A DNA stretch of 33,269 nucleotides from NCBI GenBank assembly GCA_029858565.1, contig JAOUEV010000041.1:1-33269 (forward strand), in the 5' to 3' direction. Positions 15,867 through 25,622 of the stretch are shown piece by piece; within the stretch, counting starts at the first letter, position 1, and every line of letters starts with the position of its first letter. Position numbers and translations under genes: made by a program. This DNA is from Nitrospirota bacterium. GTDB taxonomy: Bacteria; Nitrospirota; UBA9217. The notes under the pieces were generated by a model that saw nothing but the letters and a program-made list of their open reading frames with translations, was not told the origin of the DNA and ran no database searches.

Positions 15867-16685
15867 TTAGCGGGAGAGGGAGGTGAGCGAGCGGACCTCG
15901 GCCGAGCCCCGGTGCTTCATGTCGACGAACTCGGCGACCGGCTGGAAGTCCTTCTGATGCAGGCTCATGAGGATGTCCTCGGCCTCGCCGGTCGATATGT
16001 CGTCCGGCGAGATCGAGGATATCTCCGGGACGATGAACGCGGAAACATCCTCCACGTAGGTGGTCAGCTGGCTGTAGAACTCCTTCTGGCACCGGCCGAT
16101 ATAACCGCCGCCGATCAGGAGCGTCTTGACGCGCGACTTGCGCAGAAGATCGTGGAGCAGGACCGTTGTTTCCAGGGGGATCGATCCGCTGTGCGACGTC
16201 TCCGAAAGGATGTAGAAGACCGCCGGGCTCCCGCCGGTGGTGCTGTTCAGGTACATCGTGTAGGAGCGGGGCGCTATGCTGTCCTTGGGATAGTTCCCGG
16301 GCAGCACGAGGATCAGCGGATCGCCGGATTTCGCCATCTTGATGATGAACCGCGCTTCCGCCGCGAGCTGGTATTCCAGGAGGTCGTATTTTGCCGCTGT
16401 GTATATGCTTTTGCGCTCATCGCGGAAGAAGAGCGAATAGGCCGGATGAACGATGACCGTGATCGCGCGGTCCTTTCCCGCTATCGGCAGGACCGTGGAC
16501 TCGGTCAGCTGCCGCATACTGAGCGGCGCGTCTGTTTCCGGATAGCGCTGCAGAAGCTCGGTGAAACGCTTTGCGCGGACCTCCGACGCGCAGCCCGGCA
16601 CAAGCAGGACAGGAAGGACCAGCAGAAAAAGGGAAACGCCGGCAGAACTGATCCGGCGGACGATACTGCGGAACCGCGAACTCAT
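15867..16685 (-). CDS. Hypothetical lipoprotein, possibly cysteine-hydrolase (isochorismatase)-like fold
   Basis: Basic N-terminus, hydrophobic core and LVPGC lipobox from the ATG at 16685. Alpha/beta pattern with VKTLLIGGGYIGRCQ. The fold call is tentative. Confidence 0.7.
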   Translation of the reverse strand: MSSRFRSIVRRISSAGVSLFLLVLPVLLVPGCASEVRAKRFTELLQRYPETDAPLSMRQLTESTVLPIAGKDRAITVIVHPAYSLFFRDERKSIYTAAKYDLLEYQLAAEARFIIKMAKSGDPLILVLPGNYPKDSIAPRSYTMYLNSTTGGSPAVFYILSETSHSGSIPLETTVLLHDLLRKSRVKTLLIGGGYIGRCQKEFYSQLTTYVEDVSAFIVPEISSISPDDISTGEAEDILMSLHQKDFQPVAEFVDMKHRGSAEVRSLTSLSR

Positions 16686-17053
16686 TTGCACAACTGTTCC
16701 TGATGATTGGATTTGAGCAACTGCATCACTATACCACCGTATCCGGGTTTTTCCCATCTGATTTCGATCATGCCCGGTTGCTGGAACGCCTGGCGATCCG
16801 TTCCCAGGTGTCCTCGTCGATCTCGTCCAGATAGTCCCGGATCGGATATTCCCTGCCGCACGCCGTGCAGCGCAGAACAACGGTCTTTCACTTGAAACAC
16901 AGCGTCACCGCCTTGCCGCAGGCCTTGCACTTCATGGTCGCTCCCGGTTGCCGAAAAAAAAGGGAAAATCGGTGCTTATCTTACCGGATGGCAGGAGCAA
17001 TGGCAACAGAAATTGATGGCGCGAACAGCGGCGGGTACGGGGACAGAAGCCCG

Positions 17054-17692
17054 CTATTGCAGGCGGTAGACCACCGGCATGATCAATTCGGCGCGGACCG
17101 GCGGTCTCGGGACAGAGGTCAGCCCCCTGATCGTATCAACGGCGCCCCGGTCCAGAACAGCATGCCCCGAGCTTTCCCGGACCCGCACGTCCTCGATGCG
17201 GCCGTCCTCGCAGATGATGAACGAGACCGTCACCCTGCCGGCCCACCCCATCTTCCGCGCCAGGAGGGGGTATTTCAGGCCCTTCATGATCCGGTCGCGG
17301 ATGGATGCAAAGTGCGCTTCGAGATATCGGCTCCGCGCGCCTTCAGCGCTGTCGCCGCCGCCCGCTGCTGCGGCGACCTGATCGCGGGCGGGAAGGCCGG
17401 CTGCCGGGACCGCATCCGCTGATGCAGGCGCAGCGTTCTCGCTTTCCGCCGTCGGCGCGACCTTGCGCGGTTCGGTTGTCTGCTGGTCGATTCTCGGCGC
17501 TGCCGGCGCAGGTTTCCGGACAGCCGCGGCTGTTGCGCGTATTCCCGGCGCCTGTGCCGCCGTGCCGACGCTGAAATCCAGGACAATCCTGCGTTCCCGC
17601 GGCACGACGGAGAAAGAACCCGCAAGAACGACGCCTGCCAGGAGCGCATGAAGCGCCACGGAAACCTGGAGCCCCCGGGCCTGGGCGGTCAT
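17054..17692 (-). CDS. tonB: Energy transducer TonB
   Basis: N-terminal anchor SVALH (SxxxH), Pro/Ala-rich linker, and C-terminal YPLLARKMGWAGRVTVSF...SSGHAVLDRGA. Confidence 0.93.
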   Translation of the reverse strand: MTAQARGLQVSVALHALLAGVVLAGSFSVVPRERRIVLDFSVGTAAQAPGIRATAAAVRKPAPAAPRIDQQTTEPRKVAPTAESENAAPASADAVPAAGLPARDQVAAAAGGGDSAEGARSRYLEAHFASIRDRIMKGLKYPLLARKMGWAGRVTVSFIICEDGRIEDVRVRESSGHAVLDRGAVDTIRGLTSVPRPPVRAELIMPVVYRLQ

Positions 17693-18069
17693 CGTTTCAC
17701 CTCTGTCTGAAGGCTCACTTTCTTGAAACCGAAACTTTTCACCGTGTCCAGCACATCCACGAACTGCTGCAGTTTCACCTCCTGGTCAGCCCGGATCAGG
17801 ATGGGACAGGACCGGTCGAGGGAGCAGACGGAATCGCGGAGCTTCGGAAGCGTCATCGGCGTGCTGTTCAAGAAGATGCTCCCGGTCCGGTCGATGACAA
17901 TGGTCTGCGACCGCACCGCCGTCTCCGGTGTCCTGGACGCTTCAGGCAATTCCACCGGGATCACGCCGGTGGCTATGAAGGTAGACGTGGTCAGCACGAT
18001 CGTGAGCAGCACCAGCATCACGTCCACCAGCGGGATCACGTTCAGATAATCAAATTCCTTCTCGTCCAT
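17689..18069 (-). CDS. exbD: Biopolymer transport protein ExbD
   Basis: [22 protein letters not shown] and IRADQEV. Confidence 0.95.
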   Translation of the reverse strand: MDEKEFDYLNVIPLVDVMLVLLTIVLTTSTFIATGVIPVELPEASRTPETAVRSQTIVIDRTGSIFLNSTPMTLPKLRDSVCSLDRSCPILIRADQEVKLQQFVDVLDTVKSFGFKKVSLQTEVKR

Positions 18070-18484
18070 GGCTGATCTCCCACTGCATCATCAGGACTTT
18101 CGCGCGCCGGAGCAGCGTGTTGTACAGAACGACCGACGGGATCGCGACCAGGAGCCCGACGGCCGTTGCCTTGAGCGCCAGCGCAAGTCCGGACATGATG
18201 CTGCCCGTGTCCATGAACCCCTGCTTGCCCATGGCCGAAAAGGTCAGCATGATGCCCAGCACCGTTCCCAGGAGCCCCACATAGGGCGCGTTGCTCCCGA
18301 TCGTGGCGATGACGTGCAGCTTGTTCGTCAGCTCCAGCTCCAGCGCCTTCTTGTCCGTGTACTTCCTGATATCAATGGCCCGGTAAACGAGCCAGCGCTC
18401 CACTGCCACGGCAACCGCGGCGATGCTCATGGCGACCAATATGCCGATGATCCCGTAATCCAATGCACCCTGCAACCACTCCAT
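18050..18484 (-). CDS. exbB: Biopolymer transport protein ExbB (short form)
   Basis: [21 protein letters not shown] and [20 protein letters not shown] lies 6 nt before the ATG at 18484. Confidence 0.95.
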   Translation of the reverse strand: MEWLQGALDYGIIGILVAMSIAAVAVAVERWLVYRAIDIRKYTDKKALELELTNKLHVIATIGSNAPYVGLLGTVLGIMLTFSAMGKQGFMDTGSIMSGLALALKATAVGLLVAIPSVVLYNTLLRRAKVLMMQWEISHGREGI

Positions 18485-18494
18485 ACTCAACCTC

Positions 18495-19103
18495 CTACAG
18501 AAGAATCCTGGTCCCCATCAGAACGAGGACTCCTGCGGCGCCCCACCGGATCAGCGGTACATATCGATGAGCTTCCTCCCGGACGGTCTTCCCGACGAGC
18601 GCCAGCGCCCCGCCGCCGATCAGAAGGGGCGAAAGCGTGATCCCCAGACCGAATGCCAGCCCCAGCCCGGCGCCTTTGAGCAGGGAGCCGGCGCCGGCCG
18701 CTGCCGCGATGAGCGCGGCGAGCGGCACGCAGGGCACGAGGCTGGATGAGAACCCGGCTGCAAAGAGCGACAGCCCGGCTGCTGTTCGTTCCCTGCTGTC
18801 GCAGCGGTCCCTGGCGATGAAGGGAAGCGCAATTCCCGTCAGTACCAGCACGAAACCATGGAGCCGGCGTCCGGCTCCGCCGTCGGCGGGAACGAGCCCC
18901 TGCCCTGCCAATGCCGCTGCAGCGCCCAGGACCGCATAGGCGGCGGTTTTGCCTGCGGCGAAAACGGCAGACGACCGTGCGCCGTGCCGAAACCCCCTGC
19001 CGAAGGAAAGCAGATAGGGCGCGAGCGTGGGGAGACAGGCAAAGCTGCAGGTGGTGAATCCGAATCCCATGCCCAGGACCAGTGCCGACGTCATCTCAGG
19101 CAT
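18495..19103 (-). CDS. DsbD_2 / TauE-SafE-like six-helix membrane protein
   Basis: About six transmembrane segments with Cys motifs TCSFACLP and LVPCVPL. Confidence 0.8.
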   Translation of the reverse strand: MPEMTSALVLGMGFGFTTCSFACLPTLAPYLLSFGRGFRHGARSSAVFAAGKTAAYAVLGAAAALAGQGLVPADGGAGRRLHGFVLVLTGIALPFIARDRCDSRERTAAGLSLFAAGFSSSLVPCVPLAALIAAAAGAGSLLKGAGLGLAFGLGITLSPLLIGGGALALVGKTVREEAHRYVPLIRWGAAGVLVLMGTRILL

Positions 19104-19908
19104 CGACCTGCTCCCTTGTTTCGATCCAGGCGGCCCGGGCCAGGGTGGCCGCGCCGATGGCGGTGGTGAACTGCGGCAGCGCCGGGACCGTCACCTTTCG
19201 CATGAGTTCATCCTCCAGGGCCGCGACCATGCCGCTGTTCAGCGCCGGTCCGCCGTCGAAGAACACCCCGTCCTCGATCCCGATCCGCCTGGCCAGCCGC
19301 ACGATCCTGCGGGCGATGGAGTAATGCACGCCCGCAACGATCTCCTCCCTGCCGTGGCCGTTCGCCAGAAGGCTGATGATCTCCGACTCGGCGAAGACCG
19401 TGCAGGTGCTGGTTACGGGCAGCGGCGCGCCGGAACAGCGACGGTGCAGGTCGCCAAGCTCGTCCACCTCCGTGCCGAGGTTCCGGGCTGTCATCTCGAG
19501 GAACCGGCCGGTCCCTGCCGCGCACTTGTCGTTCATCACGAAGTTCCTTACCTGGCCGTCCGCGTCCAGGAGCAGGACCTTGGAATCCTGACCGCCGATA
19601 TTGATGATCGTCCGGACCGCATCCGATCCGGCGATGGCCCGTGCGCCTGCTGCGTTGGCCGTGATCTCGCTCACGGTCTCGTCGGCATCGTGAAAAAGTT
19701 TCCTGCCGTATCCCGTGGACAGGACGTATGCCACGTCGGAGCGATCGATGCCTTCCTCCTCCAGCAGGAGCCCGAGCGCCGCAAGCGTGTTCTTCCTGAA
19801 ATGGCTGCCTGTGGGGGCGGCCGTCCGGCCTGCCGGCATCCCTTCATCGTCCATCAGCGCGATCTTGATCGCCGTGGACCCCATGTCGATCCCTGCGAAA
19901 TATCTCAT
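19096..19908 (-). CDS. HgdC/BadG-family ATP-dependent [4Fe-4S] activator (DCCP-R-like)
   Basis: GIDMGST, STGYGR, IGGQDSK, MNDKCAAGTGRFLE and STCTVFAESE. Confidence 0.93.
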   Translation of the reverse strand: MRYFAGIDMGSTAIKIALMDDEGMPAGRTAAPTGSHFRKNTLAALGLLLEEEGIDRSDVAYVLSTGYGRKLFHDADETVSEITANAAGARAIAGSDAVRTIINIGGQDSKVLLLDADGQVRNFVMNDKCAAGTGRFLEMTARNLGTEVDELGDLHRRCSGAPLPVTSTCTVFAESEIISLLANGHGREEIVAGVHYSIARRIVRLARRIGIEDGVFFDGGPALNSGMVAALEDELMRKVTVPALPQFTTAIGAATLARAAWIETREQVDA

Positions 19909-21179
19909 GCCCGTTTCCTCGCCTTTCCTCTCAGCGATTCGATGAACGCCTCGACCCGCGTGGACAACTGGCCGTGGTCGTCGGGACCGTAGTCCGTTTC
20001 CACGAGGAGCAGGGGAATGTTCGCTGCCGCCAGGGCCCTGCCCACGGTCCGCTGCTCCTGATCATAGGGCATGCACCCGGCGATGGTCTGGTAGACCACG
20101 CCATCGGCGGAGAAGGTCTGCGCCAGGTCCAGCAGCCTGCGGATCCGGTCCTGCGACGAACTGAACACCGGGCAGGTGCAGGGTTTGAGCGCGCGGTCGG
20201 CCACGGCAGGCACCATGTCGTAGAGCGCCTGTTCGTCGTAGGCAGCAAGATCGTACAGGAGCCGCGACGACGAACAGACCTCGTCCGCCACGATCACGCC
20301 GCCTGCCTGTTCGATCAGGAGCGGAAGCTTCAGGTTCGGGAACACCGGCGGCGATCCCGTGAAGAGGATGCGTGCGGCATGCTTTCCCGCGACAAAAACA
20401 CTCCGATCCTGCCGGTCTTCCAGCTCGTCGGCGAGCGCATTCACCGCGCCGGTCCAGCGGTCCAGGTCGTCGAAGAAATAGGCGTTGGTCACGAGCATGG
20501 CGTCCGTGCCCCGGATCAGCGCTTGCCGGGATTGCTGGAGCCCGTGCAGCCGCCGGTAGGCAGCGCGGGCAAGGCCGGTCGCCCGGATCGCATCGGCAAG
20601 CCGCTGTTTCGTGATCCGCACACCCGTGGTCCGCTCGAGCGCTGCGCCGAAGTTCTTCACCGAACGGTGCCAGTACTCCCGCGCTTCCTCGGAATCCCGT
20701 GAGGCCGGCATTTCAAGGTTATATACCCGGTACCCGAACTCCTCCAGGAGCTCTCCGGCCTTCTTTTTCTGATCGCAGGTGGTCGGGTTCACCACGAGAT
20801 CGAGCGTTCCGGAAAACGCCGTGCTGCGCAGGGAGAGCATGCCGAGCGTCGCTTTCATGAGCGAACAGGACTTGGCGGGCAGGAACTCCGCGCCGACCTG
20901 GTCGAAGGCATGCGCGCCGCTGCAGAGCCGCACCGGCACCGCGCCTGCCGCCCGGACCAGCTCTTCCGGGACCTGCACGCAGAGCGTGCCGACGCGCTTC
21001 CTGCCGTCCTCATTCGCTCCACCGCTGCCGTAGGCGATGCGGAACTGTTCGTAGAAATACTGCATGGCCGCGGGATGGACCGGGAAGTCCTCCTCCATCT
21101 GCCGGAGCGTCTCCTTCGCTTCCATGGCGAGATGGACCCCCGTGGTCTTCCTCAGCCGCTCCAGCCGCTCCTTATCCAT
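19905..21179 (-). CDS. HgdB/FldC-family protein with a double-cubane cluster protein (DCCP)-type Cys pattern
   Basis: GTLCVQVPEEL, RLCSG, LPAKSCSLMKA, TTCDQKKK, DEVCSSSR, PCTCP, GCMPY, ETDY and TRVEAFIE. Start placed at 21179, 7 nt after GGAGG and overlapping the upstream stop. Confidence 0.88.
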   Translation of the reverse strand: MDKERLERLRKTTGVHLAMEAKETLRQMEEDFPVHPAAMQYFYEQFRIAYGSGGANEDGRKRVGTLCVQVPEELVRAAGAVPVRLCSGAHAFDQVGAEFLPAKSCSLMKATLGMLSLRSTAFSGTLDLVVNPTTCDQKKKAGELLEEFGYRVYNLEMPASRDSEEAREYWHRSVKNFGAALERTTGVRITKQRLADAIRATGLARAAYRRLHGLQQSRQALIRGTDAMLVTNAYFFDDLDRWTGAVNALADELEDRQDRSVFVAGKHAARILFTGSPPVFPNLKLPLLIEQAGGVIVADEVCSSSRLLYDLAAYDEQALYDMVPAVADRALKPCTCPVFSSSQDRIRRLLDLAQTFSADGVVYQTIAGCMPYDQEQRTVGRALAAANIPLLLVETDYGPDDHGQLSTRVEAFIESLRGKARKRA

Positions 21180-22158
21180 GGACATTCCTCCGCCTCGCTC
21201 TGTTCGCAAATCCTTCGACGGTTGCTTCGTACACCGGGATCCCGAGGAAGCTCGCGGTGAGGCATTTCTCCTCGGGACAGGCGGCAACGCACTTGAAGCA
21301 CATCATGCAGTCGTCCTGCACGATGTTTTTGCTCGTCACGTCGTCGGCGATCTCCCGGATGCCCACGTCGCAGACCCGGGAGCAGTTGCCGCAGCGGGTG
21401 CACTTCGCCCCGATTTTCGTGAGCCTGAGCAGGCCTGCCTTCGAGAAGGCATACTGCAGCGCGCTCATGGGGCAGAAGAGGCAGAAGAAGCGCCTCTTCA
21501 CAAAAGAACCGGCGAAAAAGATGCCGGTAATCGCCATCCCGAGCCCGGTCAGCACCGTCATGGTCTTGGAACTGAAATCGATGGCCAGCTGGCTGATATC
21601 TCCGGTGAAGATCGGCAGCACGGTCCGGCCGGGACAGATCATGCAGTACGCCGTGGCGAGATCGTGCGGCAGTTTGGGCGCGCCCACGAGGGAATTGCTG
21701 ATCCCGAGAGGCAAGAGCACCAGGAGCGCAAGAAGCAAATACTTGATCCCCTTGAGCCTCCGAAAGGTCCTCTCGGAGTAGAGGCTGAACCGGATGCCGA
21801 GAGCCGTCCGCACCTTGGAGACCCAGTCCTGCACGGTCCCGAGCGGACAAGCGTAGCCGCACCAGGCTTTATTGAACAGGATAAAGAACAGGATGAACGT
21901 GGCCAGCCCCACGGCAAAACCGACCCCCCGTCCGCCGAGAAACTGGGCCCAGGGCATGTTCACCTGGTGCTGGAGCGGATAGAGATAGCACGCGCCTGCG
22001 CGGGATTCGGCGAACACGCAGGAGAAGGCCGGCAGACTGTTGCCCAAGTCCACGGCAAGAAAACCGCCGTAGATCAGCAGTCCGAACGCCGCAACCTGGA
22101 ACCAGAAACGAAAGCGGTTGATGTCCCCGTTATTCAGAAAACGCTTAACCGCGTTCAT
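21172..22158 (-). CDS. Membrane polyferredoxin (NapH/MauN-like 4Fe-4S-binding protein)
   Basis: Several transmembrane helices, WCGYACPLG, YCMICPG and FFCLFCPM, plus two ferredoxin motifs CTRCGNCSRVC and CMMCFKCVAACP. Confidence 0.9.
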   Translation of the reverse strand: MNAVKRFLNNGDINRFRFWFQVAAFGLLIYGGFLAVDLGNSLPAFSCVFAESRAGACYLYPLQHQVNMPWAQFLGGRGVGFAVGLATFILFFILFNKAWCGYACPLGTVQDWVSKVRTALGIRFSLYSERTFRRLKGIKYLLLALLVLLPLGISNSLVGAPKLPHDLATAYCMICPGRTVLPIFTGDISQLAIDFSSKTMTVLTGLGMAITGIFFAGSFVKRRFFCLFCPMSALQYAFSKAGLLRLTKIGAKCTRCGNCSRVCDVGIREIADDVTSKNIVQDDCMMCFKCVAACPEEKCLTASFLGIPVYEATVEGFANRARRRNVHG

Positions 22159-23167
22159 CGAAGGTCACCTCCGGGCAGGGTTTCTTCCGTCGCTCCCGGT
22201 GCGTGTAAATCCCCGCAGCCGCGGCAGTGAAGAAGAATACGCCGATGCCAAGCCCGTAAAGATAGGAGGTATAGTCCCTTCGCTGCGGAATATACCGCCA
22301 GGGAAGCGTGGCAACGAGCCGCGTGCCGGAGTAGGCCGATCCCCGGTATACGCCCTGCTCCGGCGTTTCGAGCCTCGCGGTCACCAGCACCGTACCCCGC
22401 TTCCGCGCGTCGAAGAGCGACCACTTTTCCGGATAGTAGTCACCGATGAGCTGCACCGCCGCCTTGCCGTTCTCGTCTGCCTCGATGGTCTTGGTCCAGC
22501 CGCTGCCCGTGGTGAAGGACACCGTGGCGCCGGGAGCAGGCGCGCCGTTCCGCAGGACCCGCACGGACAGAACGTCGCCGGACATGGTCTTGCTGTGAAA
22601 GTTCCGGTCCCAGAGATCCGGCGCCACGATCTCGAGCGGGATCGAACGATCATGCTTCGGTCGGATCCGCTCTTCGTCGAACTTGTACTTGTGTCCCCAG
22701 CCGCAACTGTGATTGATCATGTACGCCTTTGCCGCGCGGACGGTCAGGACTCCGCCGCCTACGGACCGGTCGATCACGTACAGGTTGAACACGCCGTCCC
22801 GGGACCCGTCAAGGGGTTTGGTGTCTACAGCAAAGGACCAGCCGTCCCTGCCGTGGCTGAGCGCTCCCGCTGCGCGGCTGCCGTCGGGCCGCATGATCGC
22901 CGCCTCGGCGTCGTCATGAAGATCATGCAGGTTCAGATACCAGGTCCGCTCCGCCGTTGCGCGGTGCTCGGCATGGCCCTGCTCCCTGCGCCGGCCGTCG
23001 TTCCCGCCGTGCGCCGCGCCATGCCCTGCGGGCGGCGTTTCGGACAGCACCAGCATATCGCCGGTCGTCGGGCGGCCTGCTGCTGCCGAAAACGGGAACA
23101 TCCCGAAGGTCAGCATGACTGCAAAGAGCATCAACAATGAATCCATCTGCTTCCCCCTGAGCCCCAT
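22145..23167 (-). CDS. Exported His-rich, C-terminally membrane-anchored protein with a DUF4198-like beta domain
   Basis: Signal peptide, then GHGAAHGG...GHAEH, NHSCGWGH, GDVLSVRVLRNGAPAPGATV...ADENGKA, and a C-terminal transmembrane helix with a basic tail. The start is uncertain (23146-23224); 23167 has a GAGG RBS. Confidence 0.75.
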   Translation of the reverse strand: MGLRGKQMDSLLMLFAVMLTFGMFPFSAAAGRPTTGDMLVLSETPPAGHGAAHGGNDGRRREQGHAEHRATAERTWYLNLHDLHDDAEAAIMRPDGSRAAGALSHGRDGWSFAVDTKPLDGSRDGVFNLYVIDRSVGGGVLTVRAAKAYMINHSCGWGHKYKFDEERIRPKHDRSIPLEIVAPDLWDRNFHSKTMSGDVLSVRVLRNGAPAPGATVSFTTGSGWTKTIEADENGKAAVQLIGDYYPEKWSLFDARKRGTVLVTARLETPEQGVYRGSAYSGTRLVATLPWRYIPQRRDYTSYLYGLGIGVFFFTAAAAGIYTHRERRKKPCPEVTFDERG

Positions 23168-23186
23168 CGGATCCTCTTCGCTGCGC

Positions 23187-23238
23187 ATCCCGCCGCCCTT
23201 TGCCCGCCCCTCCGTCACAGACAAAGGGACGGCGGGAT
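23187..23238. promoter_or_regulatory. Intergenic GC-rich hairpin directly after the receptor gene
   Basis: ATCCCGCCGCCCTTTG (23187-23202) pairs with CAAAGGGACGGCGGGAT (23222-23238) with one bulge. There is no U-tract. Confidence 0.55.
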
Positions 23239-23243
23239 GAGCA

Positions 23244-25394
23244 TTACCATTTGTATGCCGCGCCCGCGTACCAGGTCTGCGGATCTCCGGGGAAGAGGCT
23301 GAAGTTCCCCCGGCTCGCGCTTGCGTAGGACGCGTATTTCCGGTCCGTGAGGTTTATGACATGCAGCCAGAACTGCCAGCTGCTCACGTCATACGTCGTC
23401 CGGAGATTGAACAGGCCGGGACGTTCGTAGGTGTACTGGTTGGCGTCGTCGTAATACTGCCTCCCGACCTGGTCCAGTTCGCCCTCGATCTCCAGCCCTT
23501 TGACCGGCAGGACCGCGAGCCGCGCGTTCGCATGCTGCCGCGGGGACCGGGGCATCCAGTTCCCGCTGTAATTATAGGGAGTCGCCGCGTTAAGGTCCTT
23601 GTAGTCCTCGTACTTGTTCTCCGAGTACGTATAGGCAAGGGTCAAACGGACCCTGTCCACGGGCGCGACCGCGATCATGGTCTCCACGCCCTTGTGGGAC
23701 GTCTCGCCCACGTTCAGGTACTGCGATGCCTGCGTCACCGGATCGATGGTCTGCGAGATGATCTTGTCCTTGATCGTCATGGTATAGATCGCAACGTCGG
23801 TCTTCAGCCGGTTGTTCAGGAAAGCCGTGCGCACGCCGACTTCGTAGTTATCCGCCTTTTCCGCTTCCAGCCCCAGGTTCGCTCCCCGGCCGGAGAAAAG
23901 CTGGCTCGAGGTGGGCGCCACAAATCCCTGCGAATATCCGCCATAGACATTCACCGACGGGGAGAGATCCACGGTCACGCCGGTCTTGGTCGTGGTCTTT
24001 GAGAAGTCCTTGGTGCCGCCCTGGCCCAGCCCGAGGTTGTCCTGCACGTCGTACGAGACCGCATCGCGCCGGCCGCCCACGCTGAGCCGGACCTTCTCGG
24101 CCGGAGAGATCTCGAACAGCGCATAGGGCGAGGCCACATCGGTGTCCACGTCATAGGAAGTGCTGAGGCCGGCATAGGAATAGGACGTATATTTCTTCGT
24201 CACCGCGTTCCGCGTGACGTTGATGTTGTAGGTATCGACGGTCGAGGATCCCTTTTGCATATCCACGCCCGCCACGATCCTCGACCGCAGCGGCGCGAAG
24301 TCCTGCTTGAACTGCGCCTGCACATCGGCGTCGGTCCCCTGGATCCTGTTCATGATGCCCGTATACCGCCGGGTCGCGCTGTTGTACCGGAACATATAGT
24401 GGGGGATCACTTCATGGTTGAGGTCCCGCGCCAGCACGGCAAGTTTCAGTTCGCCGCCGGTCCCGACGGTCCGCGTATAGCTCAGCGAGGGAGTGGTTTT
24501 CCTGATCAGCACATAGGTGAAGGTGTTGTAGTCCTGCTGCCAATTCTTGTCGAAATCCGCCTTGTCAATGGCACCCATGAGCTCGACGTCGGAGAACAGG
24601 TAATCCACCCGGAAATCGAGCACCGACGCCTCATCGGGAGCATAGACCAGCTTGAGCGCTGCGGACTGCTTCTTGTTGGCGCTGTGCTCGCGCCACCCCT
24701 TGGAATCCTGGCCGTTCAGGTTCACGTAATAGCCGAGCGAGCCTGCCATGCCGCTTGTCGTGACGCCTCCCCGCTGGCGGTCGTACTCGCCCTTTTCTAC
24801 CCAGAGCCGGGTCTTCGGCGTTGCCGACGGCCGCTTGGTGATGATATTGATCACCCCGCCGATGGCGTTGTTGCCGTAGAGCGCCGAGGCCGGTCCCTTG
24901 ATCACTTCGATCCGCTCGATATCATCGGCGTTGATCTCCTTGAGCAGGCCGCCGGCGCTCTCGCCGAATCCTGCCGCGGGAAGACCGTCGATCAACAGCA
25001 GGGTGTAGGGACTGGCGAAACTGGTCGGAATGCGGATGGAGGTCAGTTCCTCCTCGCTGTTGAAGTTATGGGAATAGATGCCCGGAAGCCGGTTCAGCAT
25101 TTCCGCGGCATTGCGATATTTGACGGTTTCCACTTCCTGTTCGGTAACCACGTTGATCGTTGACGATGAATCCTTCAATTTTTCCCTTGTTCTCGTTGCC
25201 GTCACGACCACCTCTTCCAGTTCAGCGGTGTTCTGCTGCGCTGCGGAAGCCGACGACTCTTGGGCGTTGACCGGCACGGCGGCTGCATGCTGCTCCGTCG
25301 AGGCAGTTCCTTCTTCGGCGCTTACCATACCTCCTGCTGAAAAAAACGTTGCTGCCGCTACCACAAAAACGATTGCACTCGAATTCCTGAACAT
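23244..25394 (-). CDS. TonB-dependent outer-membrane receptor
   Basis: Signal peptide from the ATG at 25394 (GGAGG RBS), TonB box EEVVVTATR, plug motif IERIEVIKGPASALYGNNAIGGVINIITK, NLTDRKY, and a terminal aromatic residue (AAYKW). Confidence 0.95.
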   Translation of the reverse strand: MFRNSSAIVFVVAAATFFSAGGMVSAEEGTASTEQHAAAVPVNAQESSASAAQQNTAELEEVVVTATRTREKLKDSSSTINVVTEQEVETVKYRNAAEMLNRLPGIYSHNFNSEEELTSIRIPTSFASPYTLLLIDGLPAAGFGESAGGLLKEINADDIERIEVIKGPASALYGNNAIGGVINIITKRPSATPKTRLWVEKGEYDRQRGGVTTSGMAGSLGYYVNLNGQDSKGWREHSANKKQSAALKLVYAPDEASVLDFRVDYLFSDVELMGAIDKADFDKNWQQDYNTFTYVLIRKTTPSLSYTRTVGTGGELKLAVLARDLNHEVIPHYMFRYNSATRRYTGIMNRIQGTDADVQAQFKQDFAPLRSRIVAGVDMQKGSSTVDTYNINVTRNAVTKKYTSYSYAGLSTSYDVDTDVASPYALFEISPAEKVRLSVGGRRDAVSYDVQDNLGLGQGGTKDFSKTTTKTGVTVDLSPSVNVYGGYSQGFVAPTSSQLFSGRGANLGLEAEKADNYEVGVRTAFLNNRLKTDVAIYTMTIKDKIISQTIDPVTQASQYLNVGETSHKGVETMIAVAPVDRVRLTLAYTYSENKYEDYKDLNAATPYNYSGNWMPRSPRQHANARLAVLPVKGLEIEGELDQVGRQYYDDANQYTYERPGLFNLRTTYDVSSWQFWLHVINLTDRKYASYASASRGNFSLFPGDPQTWYAGAAYKW

Positions 25395-25622
25395 GCGAAA
25401 TCCTCCCCGGTCGGACAGGGATCCTGTCTGCCTGCCCGGCCATCCCGAGCGACAAACAGGCTGTCCGCCTCTCCACGTTCGTGGCGTCGTCATTGAATTG
25501 GAAAATGGGTGATAGTGAGGTGTCCGGTGACGGTGCACAGGCGCGTCACGGCATACAGGGATGCCTGACCGCGACAGATGTCGCTGCCTGTTCACCAAAC
25601 AATACAGAAGCCGGACAGGAGG

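Noticed and set aside
19096-21179. Ordinary 2-hydroxyacyl-CoA dehydratase or benzoyl-CoA reductase pathway
   Set aside because: Only one HgdB-like gene is present, carrying Cys motifs in both halves, with no CoA-transferase or partner subunits, and it is embedded in a TonB operon.
25395-25598. N-terminal extension of the receptor as given in the ORF track (and similar extensions at 1542, 6871, 16880, 21287 and 28342)
   Set aside because: Downstream ATGs have clear RBSs and begin at signal peptides or family-typical N-termini.
25395-25622. Cobalamin riboswitch before the TonB-dependent receptor
   Set aside because: I could not find the B12-box or the GCCACTG/GGGAAG elements on the minus strand. 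A cmscan run would be needed to exclude it fully.
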